Positions 1-15,052 of a stretch of DNA of 64,000 nucleotides are shown here, one piece after another. How positions within the stretch are numbered: the first letter of the stretch is position 1; each line of letters starts with the position of its first letter. Source of the stretch: the human T2T-CHM13v2.0 reference genome, Homo sapiens; NCBI GenBank assembly GCA_009914755.4, contig CP068257.2:16224001-16288000 (forward strand), given 5' to 3'. A model generated the notes under the pieces. It was not told the DNA's origin, ran no database searches, and saw nothing but the letters and a program-made list of their open reading frames with translations. Both the position numbers and the translations under genes were made by a program.

Positions 1-1
1 C

Positions 2-407
<406 letters not shown>

Positions 408-918
408 TTAAGTCACAGACCTGAAATCCTGTGTATTCTTGAAATTTGCGCATGTGTATTTTGTTTTTTATCATTTTATTTCATACTTTATAGACAGACT
501 AACTTAATAATTTATGTTTGCTGTCTTCATAAGTATTTATATCTGTGCATACATATAGATACATGTAATTTAGAGTATATATAGGATGTTTTATTAATGC
601 TTTCTTGGTTGTAAATCCTTGAAAGAATGCTAATTACTCTGTCTTTATTTCTTAATTAGGCACTATGCAGCCTCCATAATAACTACTAGCTGTGAACGAG
701 AGCACTATAAAAGTTACTCAAGTAATTGCCTTACAAACTACAACTCTACTTAAGTGACAAGTCATATGAGTTAAATAAAAATTGTAAAAACAAAGTAGCC
801 TCCTATCATATTAAAAGTCCTTCAGCATTTCAGTTCCTGGATGATGGTGAAAGGAGCTATACATTTAGAAATAGAAGAATATCCATCTTAGATGATCCCA
901 AAGAAGCATCTTTTCATG

Positions 919-1224
919 CTTTTTTTTTTTTTTTCTTAAGATACTGGATCTCACTGTGTTGGCCAGACTGGAGTGCAGTGGTGTGATCATAGCTCACTGC
1001 AGTCTCTGAACTCCTGGGCTAAAGTGATCCTCCTACCTCAGCTTCCGGAGTAGCTGGGACTACAGGCACGTGACACTATGCCTGACTAATTTTTCAAATT
1101 TCTTGTAGAGATAGAGTCTTGTTTTGTTGCCCAGGCTGGTCTCGAACTCCTGCCCTGAAGTGATCCTCCTGCCTCAGCCTCCCAAAGTGTTAGGATTAAA
1201 AGTGTGAGCCACCAAGCCCTGCCC
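919..1224 (-). mobile_element. Alu (older, AluJ/S-like), antisense
   Basis: Poly-T at 919-934 followed by the reverse complement of the Alu consensus, ...gcctcagcctcccaaagtgttaggattaaaagtgtgagccacc. CpGs are mostly decayed. Confidence 0.85.
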
Positions 1225-2392
1225 ATGATCAATTTTAACTTGCAATTGCATCATTTAAGAAAAAAGTTTTATTCAGAGCTAGTAGCTACAGCTAGCAGTA
1301 CATTCAGTTGCTGGTAACAAAATCCAGACAGACTGAACAAAGTAGGGATCATATTCTCTCATGTAAGGACAAACTAAAATAAAGCTGTCCTGGGCTGGTA
1401 TGAAAGCTCAAAGATTAATAGAGAACCAGACTCCCATCTTTCTTTAGGGCATGGCTTTGCATCTTCAAGCACACATATGATGTTTCCTAGAACTCCAGAC
1501 ATTGTGAACATGTTTTAGGAAGAAAGGGGAAAAAATAATGACAAAATTTAGTCAGCCTCCTTTAAAGCAGTTTCCAAAAAGCCATCCGTGACTTCTTTTA
1601 CCTCATTGGTTTTCAGTCCCGCAAGGGAGGATGGGAAATATAGTCATTGAGCTGGGCACATTATCACTGGAAAAAAATTTGAATTCTGTTAAGAAGAAAG
1701 GGCAAAACAGATTGAGTTGTGTCACAGAGATTCAAAATGTTCTAAAAAATTTCAGGGCAAGAAGCTATTTTTAGATACCTAATATATGCCAGGCTGTCTA
1801 CTACATCCCAGGGGACAAAGACAAATATGAGATTGGGCCTTCTCTCAAGGAGCTGACTGTTTAGTGGGGGTGGCAGACTGTAAAAAACATATCTCAATTT
1901 ATGTCTTGATAATGATATTCCAGGACTTTTCCTTAGTTCAGCTAAAGAGGGGGTCTTTGCCCCACAGCCACAAAAATTTAGGCTCGCAGACGATTTGAAG
2001 GGAGAGAATAATGGGATTTATAGGGCAAAAAGGAAAAAAGGGAGAACAGGGGCTCTCTGCAAGGTCAGAGTTCCTGCTAGTGTGCTCACCACCTCACAGC
2101 TTGAATTCCAGCCACCCAGGAAGCCTGGCTGTCTCAATGAGAGGTTTGATGGGGTGTTGTGGGAGAGCAGAGATAAATTCAATCAAACCTGGAAGTCTTG
2201 GCTTCTGGGAAGTGATATTCTCAGAATCTAATCTTGAAGGATGAATAAGAGCCAGATGACATTCCAGGCTTAGGAAACATCACAAAGAGAGCTAGGATAA
2301 GGAAAACATCATTGTTTACCAAGAATTGCTAGCAGCTAGGGATTATTAGAAGGTAAAATAGAGGGTAGTTGCAGACGGCATGATTTTATATT

Positions 2393-4268
2393 TTAAAAAA
2401 CCCATCATCTGAGCCCAAAAACTTCTTGAACTGATAAGCAACTTCAGCAAAATCTCAGGATATAACATCAATGTGTAAAAATCACAAGCATTCCTTTACA
2501 CCAACAATTGGCAAGCAGAGAGCCAAATCATGAATGAACTCCCATTCATAATCTCTACAACGAAAAACAGTATCTAAGGAATACAGCTAACAAGGGATGT
2601 GAAGGACCTCTTCAAGAAGAACTACATACAACTGCTCAAGGAAATAAGAGAGGACAAAAACAAATGGGAAAACATTCCATCCTCATGGACAGGAAGAATC
2701 AGTATCGTGAAAATGGTTATACTGCCCAAAGTAATTTATAGATTCAATGCCATTCCCATCAAACTATCATTGGCATTCTTCATAGAGTTAGAAAAAACTA
2801 TTTAAAACTTCATATGGAATCAGAGAAGACCCCATATAGCCAAGAGAGTCCTAAGCAAAAAGAACAAAGCTGGAGGAATCATGCTACCTGACTTCAAACT
2901 ATACTGCAGGGCTACAGTAACCAAAACAGCATGGTACTGGTACCAAAACAGACTTATAGACCAATGGAACAGAACAGAGACCTCAGAAATAACACTGCAC
3001 ATCTACAACCATCTGATCTTTGACAAACCTGACAAAAACAAGCAATGGGGAAAGGATCTCCTATTCAGTAAATGGTGCTGGGAAGACTGGCTAGCCATAT
3101 GCAGAAAACTGAAACTGGACCCCTTCCTTACATATTATACAAAAATTAACTCAAGATGGATTAAAGACTTAAAATCCAAAATCATAAAACCCTAAAAGAA
3201 AACCCAGGCAATACCATTCAGGACATAGGCATGGGCAAAGACTTCATGACAAAAATGCCAAAAGCAATTGCGGCAAAAGCCAAAAATGACAAATGGACCT
3301 AATTAAACTAAAGAGCTTCTGTACAGCAAAAGAAACTATCATCAGAGTGAACAGGCTATCAACAGAGTGGGAGAAAATTTTTGCAATCTATCCATCTGAC
3401 AAAGGGCTAATATCCAGAATTTACAAGGAACTTAAACATATTTATAAGAAAAAAACAACCCCATCAAAAAGTGGATAAAGGATACGAACAAACATTCTCA
3501 AAATAAGACATTTACGTGGCTGACAAACATATGAAAAAAGCTCAATATCATGATCATCAGAGAAATGAAAATCAAAACTACAATGGAATACTATCTCATG
3601 CCAGTCAGAATGGCGATTACTAAAGAGTCAGGAAACAATAGATGCTGGCGAGGCTGTGGAGAAATAGGAATGCTTTTACACTGTTGGTGGGAATGTAAAT
3701 TAATTCAATCATTGTGGAAGACAGTATGGCAATTCCTCAAGGATCTAGAACCAGAAATACCATTTGACCCAGCAATCCCATTATTGGGTATATACCCAAA
3801 GGTGTATAAATCATTCTACTATAAAGATACATGCACAAGTATGTTTATTGCAGCACCATTTACAGTAGCAAAGACATGGAACCAACCCAAATGCCCATCA
3901 ATGATAGACTGGATAAAGAAAATGTGGTACATATACATCATGGAATACTACGCAGCCATAAAAAGAAATGAGATCGTGTCCTTTGCAGGGACATGGATGA
4001 AGCTGGAAGCCGTCATCCTCAGCAGACTAACACAGGAACAGAAAACCAAACACCGCATGTTCTCACTCATAAGTGGGAGTCAAACATTGAGAACACATGT
4101 ACACAGAGAGGGGAACAACATGCACTAGGGTCTACTGGGGGGTGGGGGGTGAGGGAAGAGAACTCAGAGGATGGGTCAATAGGTGCAGCAAACCACCATG
4201 GCACACGTATACCTATGTAACAAACCTGCACATTCTGCGCATGTATCCTTTTTTTTTCTTTAGAAATT
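2393..4268 (+). mobile_element. L1 (L1PA-like) 5'-truncated fragment: ORF2 C-terminal third plus 3'UTR
   Basis: Sequence matches L1 ORF2, for example agctaacaagggatgtgaaggacctcttcaagaagaactac and ccatatgcagaaaactgaaactggaccccttcc, and the 3'UTR ...catggcacacgtatacctatgtaacaaacctgcac. Track ORFs at 2599-2805, 2881-3195, 3293-3478 and 3550-4128 translate to ORF2 motifs ([36 protein letters not shown]), broken by stops and frameshifts. Confidence 0.85.
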
Positions 4269-4847
4269 AAAAAAAAAGAAGGTAAAATGGAGCATAGAGG
4301 TGAAGAAGTAAATATGTTACAAAAGGCCCAGTTTGCTAGTTGAGTAACCAGGCTATGGAAAGCCTTGGAAGAGATTTCAACCTGGTAATTCTACCATCGA
4401 ACAGAATTTTAGATGTCTCATTGTGGATGTTCTGTGGAGGAAGCATCAAAGGAGGGAAAAGTTGAGAGACAGAGAGTCGTTAGGAGGCTATTTCAGTAGT
4501 CAAGGTAAGAAAGAATGGAATCCTAATTAGGCAGTAGTAGTAGGAATGAGGAGAAAAAAAGGATTACAGAACCATGTAGGAGGAATAATTAGTGAATGAA
4601 AAGATGTGGGTAGAAGGGGAGAAAGGAATTTAGAATGACTACAAGATTTTTGCTTTAGGAAACTAGGTGGATGATGGCACCATTAATTGTCATTATAAAT
4701 GCAAGAGTGGGAGGAGCAGGTGGGATGGGGATGGAGGAGTGGGAGAAATATTAGCTCAGTTGGAACATGTTGAGTTTGAAGTGTCTCTGTAGAAATACTT
4801 AGTAGGCAATTAGATATAAAACTCTTAATCTTGTGATTAAGGTGTGT

Positions 4848-5412
4848 ATTAATCAGGGTTTGCCAGAGAAACAGAATCAATAGGAGACATATATATGAGG
4901 AGATTTTTAATGGGAATTGGTTTAAGTGATTATGAAGGCCAAGGAGTCCCGCCATCTGCCATCCGCAAGCTGGGGGACCAGGAAAGCCAGTGGTGTAATT
5001 CAGACGGAGTCCAAAGGCATTAGAGCTAGGGGAGCCTACGATAGAAGTCTTGATCTGAGTCTGAAGACCTGAGAACAGTGGGGTTGGGGGCAATGGTGTA
5101 AGGTCAGTCTGAGTCCCAAGGCCTGAGAACCAGGAGCACTGATGTCCAAGGGCAGGAAAAGATGGCTATCCTGGCTCAAACAGAAGGAGTGAGTTTGCAC
5201 TTCACCACTTTTTTGTTCTATTCTGGCTCTCAACAGATTGGATAATTCATATTCACATTGGGGAGGGTGGATCTTCTTCACTTAGTTTACTGGTTTAAAT
5301 GTTAATCTCTTCCAGAAACACCCTCACAGACACACCCAGAAATAATGTTCACCAGCTATCTAGGCATCCCTCAGCCCAGTCAAGTTGACACATAAAATTA
5401 ACCATCACAAGT
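4848..5412 (+). mobile_element. MaLR LTR, MST-type (MSTA/MSTB-like) solo LTR
   Basis: Starts ...cagggtttgccagagaaacagaatcaatagg and ends ...cagcccagtcaagttgacacataaaattaaccatcaca, matching my recollection of the MST LTR termini. Confidence 0.65.
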
Positions 5413-5949
5413 CCACCCCTTGTCAACTTGGCACCAGTACCTATCTCCTTAAACCATACTTAACCTCCAGATAAAGGCAATAACAGGGTAATAAGCACCT
5501 AACATGACACAGATATTTTGTGTGTAACTCTCATCTCTTCCCCAGATGAGAAATAAAGTCTTTGAGTGATGTTTACTCATCTTCTCATATTCTATAACTT
5601 AAATATTATGATGTAAAATTAACAATATTAAAACACTAATACTGTTAACATATATGTTACATAATAAAGGAATAAGAGAGGAAATAAGACAATGATATTT
5701 ACTTAATATATCTATGTCTACATACAAATGTATTTCTAACAAAATAAGGGGGGACATCTTCATAATAGTCTGTTTCTGTAACTGGTCTTGTGGTCATAGC
5801 AGGTATTTATAATGACCATATTTACTATTTATTCTTTTTTCTCTTTGCTTTCATTGAGCATCTTGACTGGTGCTTCTGCTTAGTAGTCCAGATCAATCAC
5901 TCCAGCTAATACTATGACTCTGTTATAGACTCATAGGCATGAGAAGCTC

Positions 5950-8330
5950 AAAGTGGCCAGATGACAGTCTTAACTTCCAGTTCAATGGGATCATTGTTGT
6001 GCTTCTTGGTGGAAGCTGGAACTAAGATTTTTAGGCCAGCAGAGCATAAGGTTGTGGGAACAGGAAGAAAACATTTTGGGTAATATTGAGTAGTGCCACT
6101 CCCATTTCCACCCCTTGATTCCTGTAAACCCCGGCTATCAGAGAAACAGAACTGTATGTTGTACATGCTCAATTTTGTGGCTTAGCAGGTCAGATAACAC
6201 CTGGTTTATGATGGAGGTCTCAGGTTGTGTGGTAACTTGATAGCCCATGGTCAAGTGTTTGGCTTCTCCTAACTCCCAGTAGCAGTCAAAGAGCTGTCTC
6301 TCAAAAGGAGAGTACTTATCTGCAGATGATGGCAGAGCTGTGCTCCAAAATCCTAAAGGTCTGTGCTGCAGTTCATCTATGGCAGCTTGCAAATGTCTCC
6401 AAATGGCATTCCTATCTGTCACTGAAACTGCAAGCACCACTGGATCTGCTAGATCCTATGTTCCAAGTGGCATAGCAGCCTAGACCTGTTATAGAGCTTT
6501 CTTTTATTCCAGAGCCCACCCACAACTAGCAGCTTTTTGGTCACCTGATAGATGAACTGGAGGAACACACCCAAATGAAGAGATGTTGCCTTTAAAATCC
6601 CAATAGGCTCTTTAGTTATTGTACCGCTTTCTTGATTGGGAGGGGTCAAATGCAACAACTTCTCCTCGACCTTAAAAGGGATATCTTGATAGGCCCCACA
6701 CCACTGGACCCTTAGAAATTTCACTAAGATAGAAAGCCTCTGAATTTTAGTTGGCTTTATTTTTTATCCTCTAACGTACACTCTGTTAACAATATGTCTA
6801 GAATAGTTGTGACTTTTTGCTCACTAGATCCAATAAGCATAATGGCATCGATGTAATGAACCAGTGTGATATCTTGTTGAAGGGAAAGGCAGTCAAGATG
6901 CCTGTTAACTAAATTATGACATAGGGCTGGGGAGTTGATATAATTTTGAGGACAGAGAAGGTATATTGCTGGCCTTGCCAGCTGAAGGAAAACTACTTCT
7001 GGTGGGCCCTATGGACAGATAGAGAAAAAGACGTGCCAGATCAATAGCTGAATACCAGCTATCAGAGGATGTGTTAATTTGCTCAGTGAATGAAACCAAA
7101 TCTTGTACAGCAGCTATAATTGGAGTTGTTACATGGCTAAGCTTATGATAATCATACTGTCATTCTCCAAGATCAGTCTGTGTCTTTTGCACAGGCCAAA
7201 TAAGAGTTTTGAATGGGGATGTGGTGAGAATCACCACCTCTGCATCTTTCAAGTCTTTGATGGTGGCATTAATCTCTGCAATCCCTCTAGGAATGTAGTA
7301 TTGCTTTTGATTTACTATTTTCCTAGGTAGAGGCAGTTCTAATGGCTTCCATTTGGCCTTTCTTACCATTATAGCCATTATTTTACAGATCAGGGAACTA
7401 GTGTGGCAGTTCTGCCAGCTGCTAAGTATGTCTATTTCAATTATGCATTTGGAAGTGGGAAAATAACCACAGATTGGGCTCAGGAACCCACTGGACCCAC
7501 CGTGAGACAGACCAGAGCTAAAACCCTATTGATCACCTGAACTTTATAAGCCACTACTCTGATAAAGGCCCACAGTGACATTTTGGGTCTCCTGTAATTA
7601 CTGTCATTTCAGAGCCAGTGTCCAGTAGTCTCCTAAATGTCTGATTATTTTCTTTTATCCCAGTGCACAGTTACAATGATAAAAGGTCCTATGTCTCTTT
7701 AGGGAAGGTTAGGAGAAAGATTAACAGTATAAGTTTCAGGTAATGTACTGTGTTTTTCCTTGAGGGGAGGTTGCCTCCACTTCATTCAAGGAGTTCTAGG
7801 TCTGTAAACTGGCCCAAGTCTAGAAATTGATTGAAGGGCAATGTCTGTCTGTTTTTGAAATACACTTGACTTAGAACTTTTCTGCTTGTTCAGATCAAGT
7901 AAGAATTTGTAGGCTTTCTATTTCATTTGTAGGAACACTGTGATTAGCCAATGTCATTGCTCTGCAAGGGTCGGAATATTCTGACTGCTGCTTTGACTCT
8001 ACTGACCGTTAGGGTAACTACATCCATCTTGCCTTTGGTGGTTGAGTGCCAGACTTGGCCCTGGCCACCCAAGATTGAATTACTCCCATTACGTTAGGTG
8101 TTGTCAAGGAGGCTGGGGCTTCCTTCACAAACTTATTTCTGAAAGTATTGGTGAAGGGTATGTTTTCTGGACCCTCCTAGTGTGGGTGAGTAGGTCTACT
8201 CTAATATACTTTAATATTTTGCTCTCCCTAAGCCTTTGAATACCTTCCTCTCCATTAAACCAAGGGCGGTCAAGCATCTCCAATTCACTTATGGTGGGCG
8301 GTGGGGCATGGGCCATCTTTTGGCTCATGT
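5950..8330 (-). mobile_element. Endogenous retrovirus internal fragment, degenerate pol (protease/RT/RNaseH), class-I gamma-like
   Basis: Minus-strand ORFs carry hallmark retroviral pol motifs. ORF 7160-7378 has ...VVILTTSPFKTLIWPVQKT (RT N-terminal SPxNSPIWPV box). ORF 6914-7099 has ...WYSAIDLARLF (RT YxxIDL box). ORF 6449-6724 has FLRVQWCGA...LLHLTPP. ORF 6138-6440 has RPLGFWSTALPSSADKYSPFERQL...HLTMG (connection/RNaseH). Stops and frameshifts interrupt throughout. Confidence 0.65.
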
Positions 8331-8600
8331 TTCAGTCAACCAGCCCAACAAACTGTTAAGCCCTTCTTTTTAAATTAAATTAAAATTTTTGATTGTGAAT
8401 GGTGTAAAACAAAACTCTAAATTCATCACTCCCACCCGTATAAATAGCCAGGTATTCCTAGAACTCTTTACAGAGTAATCCATCTTTTCCTCACTATAGT
8501 CAGCATTGCAGTATTTGTCATACATCATATTCTACGTAGAGTCTGTTTGGGGGCTCTTTACTCTTCCGTTAGCCTGTTTGCCTGCACTGCACTACTACAA

Positions 8601-8745
8601 TTGCTATAACAATTTTAATTACTGTTATAATGGCTACAATTTAAAAATATTTAAAATTTTTAAATATCTATTTTAAAATTGTAGCCATTATAACAGCTGT
8701 ATAATTATAATGTAACAATTAAAATTATAGCGGTTATAGGACAAA
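8601..8745. repeat. AT-rich near-perfect palindrome (inverted repeat); core arms 8622-8649 and 8665-8697 around a 15-bp AT spacer
   Basis: ctgttataatggctacaatttaaaaata ... tatctattttaaaattgtagccattataacag are reverse complements with one indel. Outer flanks ttgctataacaattttaatt and aattaaaattatagcggttatag extend the symmetry imperfectly. Confidence 0.8.
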
Positions 8746-9170
8746 TCTGATATCCCATTTTTCTTCCTTAAAATTGCCTTAGCTATCTTGGATTTTCCTC
8801 TTCTTTAGTATGTATAATCTTTTAAACTCTGGGAAAAAAACCTGTCAAGACTGGGATTAATCGAAGTAAAATTATAATCTGGGTGAGAATTAATCTTTAT
8901 GGAGTCTTCCTAACATGAAGATGGTATGTCTATTCATTTATTTAGGTTTTCTTTAATGTTTTCATTTTACATAAGTTTCATAATTTTCTACATAAAAGTT
9001 CACACAGATCTTTTATTACATTTGTTTTTAGGTACCATTTTTTATCTGTTTCGTTTGTATATATATTTTTAAAAGTAAATCTTCACTTATGGCTCCTATC
9101 TAGAAATAAAATTGATTTTTATATATTGATCTAATATCTAAAAAATTAAATCAAGCCTTTTATTAAAAGA

Positions 9171-9467
9171 TTTTTTTTTGAAGTAGATCTCGCTCTGTCA
9201 CCCAGGTTGGAGTGCAGTGGCATGGTCCTGGCTAACTGCAGCCTCTACTTCCCAAGGTCGACTGATCCTCCCACCTCACCCTCCTGAATAGCTGGGACTA
9301 CATAGCATGCCACCAAGCCTGGCTAATTTAAATTTTTTTTTTTTGTAGAGACACTATCTATCTTGTTATGTTGCTTAGGCTGGTTTCAAGCTCCTGGGCT
9401 CAAGCAATTCTCCTGCCTTGGTCTCTCAAACTATTGGGATTACAGGTGTAAGCCATGGCGTCAGGCC
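9171..9467 (-). mobile_element. Alu (older, AluJ-like), antisense
   Basis: Poly-T at 9171-9179, then antisense Alu ...tcaccctcctgaatagctgggactacatagcatgccacc...ctattgggattacaggtgtaagccatggcgtcaggcc. Confidence 0.85.
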
Positions 9468-10624
9468 TAGAGTCCTTTCTATCACTCTTAGCTGCAACAT
9501 TAACTGCAGAATTTCTGCCTAGTGAGCTTATATCAATAAATTTAGCCTGATTCAACATTTTGTTCCTTCCACCATTATCCCACATTCATAATAAGCGTTC
9601 CCACACATGTTCCCCAGATTTCTGCTTGTATAAATTAGAAAGCTCAAGCAGTGCTTTTAAAGTGTATTGCATCTCCTCTTGGCTCACACTTTGTATATCA
9701 CCTTTAGGAATCTCCTGGGACTTCAGTCTAGTTAGAGGTCTAGAAGCAAAAAGTGGGGGTGGGTCCTGAGGAGAATCAGCATTGTCTTGCATGGCAACTG
9801 CCTCAGGGAAGGCCATTACCATTTCTTCAGTCAACAGAAGCTAGCTCCTCAGATGGAGTTGAGAAGGTCACTATCACTGTGGATGGGAAGGCCACTTTTG
9901 CTGCGATGAGGGAGGCTAATTCCACTAAGGATGAGAAGGCTGCTTCCAGTGACACTGGGAAGACCTCTTTCACTAGCAAAGAAGAATCATTAGAATGTAG
10001 GGACTTAATGTCTCCAGCTTCATCAGTCTTTCCACGCAGCCCCATCCCAATTCATAGAATCCCACTTTTTTCCCAAACGATGGCCTCACTTTAACAGTAG
10101 ACATTCTGCGAGACTGCAAGTTCAACTTGTATTATAATTCAGCCAACTGAAGGATGAGGTCCTATGTTTGATTTTCAGCAATTTCAGCCCTGTGACTACA
10201 GGAGATAAGGAACTCCTTCTGAGCACACATAGAAGCTCTTAGGCCATTTATTCAGCACTTGAGTTGGGAACTGGAATCCCTGAGGTCATCCTTTAAAAAA
10301 CAAGGCAAACAAAACAAAACACACTTCTAGACATTAGGAGCAAAGAACCAACATCCTTATATTCCTTAGTTTTCAAAAAATGTTGGATGTTATGATATAC
10401 AGTCATTTAGCTCTTTGATTCTCATAAATGGTTGATTAGGACTATCCACTGCAGATATTTTGCATATCATAGCCATTTACTATTAGTGCTCTCTTTACTA
10501 CTAGAAATAGAATTTAAAAACCTGATCAGATTAGTAATCCAATTCCATAAACCCCAGAACAAATTCACAACAGTTATTCATAAAATTATGTTCCTCTAGA
10601 ACTACTCTTAGTACAAAAGTCTAT

Positions 10625-11145
10625 GCTAGTCAGGGTTCTCCAGAGAAATAGAACCAATAGAACTCAAAATATATGAAGATATTTATTGTGGAAATTGGCT
10701 CAAGCAATTATGGAGACCAAGAAAGTCTTACAGTTTTCTGTTTGAGAGCTGGAGAACCAGGAAAGCAGGTGGTGTAAGTCCTGGTCTCACTCTGAAGACC
10801 TCAGAACTGAGGATAAAAAAGTGGAGAGGTTTAAGTCACTGTCCCCGTCCCAAGGCCCAAGAACCAGGGCCATGAATGTCTAAGGGGAAAGAAGGATGGA
10901 TATCCAGGCTCAAACAAAAAGTGTAAGTTTATCCTTTCTCTGCCTTTTCATTCTATTCAGGCTTTCAGAAGATTGGATCATGTGTACCCACATTGGTGAG
11001 AGTCATCTCTACTCAGTCTACTTACTCAAATGTTACTCTCTTCCAGAAATACTCTCACTGACATACCCAGAAATAATGTTTCACCAGCTAGCTGGACATC
11101 CCTTAGCCCAGTCAAGATAACACATAAAATTAACCATCACAGGGT
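10625..11145 (+). mobile_element. MaLR LTR, MST-type solo LTR (second copy, same orientation as 4848-5412)
   Basis: gtcagggttctccagagaaatagaaccaatag ... cccagtcaagataacacataaaattaaccatcacag. It shares termini and internal blocks with the 4848-5412 copy but is clearly diverged from it. Confidence 0.65.
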
Positions 11146-12289
11146 GAAGAAGTTGATTTTTAAGTTATAGCATATAGCTGGTAGTTGAATGCATGTGAAT
11201 AGATGAGACTGCCTTTGGGTAGAGGGTATCCAGAGAAGACCATGAAGTTAAGGCAAAAACTCTGCTAACACCAACATTTAAGGAAGAAACGCCTGTTAAG
11301 GGCAATGAGAAATTATTAAACTGAGTGGTTATTAAGTTAATCAAAATAAAACAAAATAGATTTACTAAGGGCTTCCCATGGACCAGGCACTGTGCTGTGG
11401 CTTATAATTCTGCCATGAACAAGGCAGACTTAGTCCTTTTTCTTCCTGGAGCTTAGAGTATAGAGATGCATATATTTAAGAGAACTTTAATTGAGAATGG
11501 AACAAATGAAAATAATCGGTTTTTTGGAGCTCAAAAGGTAGTGAATAGAGCTAGTTTGGAAAAGCCTTCTCTACAGAAGTAATACTTAAGCTAATACCTA
11601 ATAAGAAGATAATTTGGTGTGGGGAGGTGGTTAAGAATCAAGACAAAAGTATACAGGGTATGCAACAGTACCACATGACTAAACACTCTGAATTTGGTGA
11701 GAACTTGGTGCATTTGAATTGTGATATCAACATGGTAGAGTACAAAAAAGAGGAGAGAGAAGTATGTGACAAACCTAGAGAGATGGGGGTGGGGCTAGTT
11801 CACATGAGACCAAATAGTCCATGTTTATTCCATATTCCAAGGGAAATAGAGGCCATATGCAATGACCATTAAATTTTCTTTTTGTCGGGCTAGCTTCCCA
11901 CTGCTTCATTTTTAAACATTTCCTCTTCTACCCCATGAGATCTTGGTTGAATTTCCAGTTACCTGGATCAGTTTGCCCCCCAGGATAGCTAATAAGAGGA
12001 CTCCATCCCTTTGGAGACCAAAGATTAGGTTAGTGGAAATATATAATTTAAGCAGGGCTAATCATAGTCTAATTTATGTGGATCCTTGGATGAAAAATTT
12101 TATTTTCCTCTCCTTAGATTTGCCAGCAGACATCTTGATACAACATAAAGAAAGCTTGTTTGAGACAAAAGCCAAGTGGAGGCAAAGTAGCCAAGAGATG
12201 GGGAGACAGTAGTACAGATCCCAGTGATCTCATTTGATTCTTGAATTCATCCAGAGTACCTCTTGGACTTTTCATTTTCTAAATGCCAT

Positions 12290-12640
12290 TGAATTTATTT
12301 TTGATCAATCTAATTTAAATTGGGTCTCTGCCATGTAAAGTTAAAACAACATAGATATCAAAGGATACAATGTAAATATATAGAAATAAATTTTATATCT
12401 TAAAAAGATCATTTATAATAACACCAAAAATAAAATACATAGAATAAATCTAATGAGAGATAGGCAGGAACTCAACAAAAAAACTATACATTTAAACCAA
12501 GAGAAATTAAAGACCTAAATAAATGGAGGACTCCAACAAGTTCAAGGGTTAGAAACATTATTATTCTAAATATTTCTGTTTTAAAAATTGATCTATAAAA
12601 GCCATGCAATCCCAATCAAAATTTCAATCTATGTATGTAT
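12290..12640 (+). mobile_element. Probable ancient L1 (L1M-type) ORF2 fragment
   Basis: A-rich L1-like sequence contiguous with the clearer L1M piece downstream, separated from it by a microsatellite. This is a weak recognition call. Confidence 0.35.
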
Positions 12641-12654
12641 GTGTATATTTATAC

Positions 12655-12725
12655 AAAATATATAAAATATATATATACACACACACATGCACACACACAT
12701 ATACGCACATATATGTGTGTGTGTA
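12655..12725. repeat. Compound microsatellite (TA)n/(CA)n/(TG)n
   Basis: tatatatacacacacacatgcacacacacatatacgcacatatatgtgtgtgtgtag. Confidence 0.9.
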
Positions 12726-12789
12726 GAGCTGATTCTACAATTTATAGATTTTTTTTTTTAAGCCAAGCATAGCCAAGACGATCTTGAAG

Positions 12790-14335
<1,546 letters not shown>

Positions 14336-14682
14336 TCCTGACCTGTGGCAGTGACAAGGGTAGATTTCACACGGTGAACATTCATGAAGCTGTACATTCA
14401 TAATCTGTGTGCTTTTCTGTTTGTACGTGATACATCGGTAAAAAGGTTACTTAAAGAGAAATAGAGTTTCAAGAGGGAATGCATGTATTGGACTGGGTAC
14501 TTAATTATATTTGAATTTGTTTCCGAATAAAATTTCAAGATAATTAAAACTGAGATTTTTTCTTTTCCGCATTTTTTTCTTAATGTTGCATGGTCTTTAC
14601 CCTTTCAGTCAGTGGCATCTGGTATTTAAGAGGAAAAACAGATTCAGCCAAGCAAAGAAGACAGTTTATTATTTGGAAATCA

Positions 14683-15052
<370 letters not shown>

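Noticed and set aside
9586-10094. Three overlapping ORFs of 72-113 aa on both strands in non-repeat sequence. I considered a small exon or retroviral gag remnant.
   Set aside because: There are no recognisable domain motifs, no splice-site/ORF structure I can defend, and opposite-strand ORFs of similar length suggest compositional chance. A possible gag-debris interpretation is mentioned in the findings, but I do not call it.
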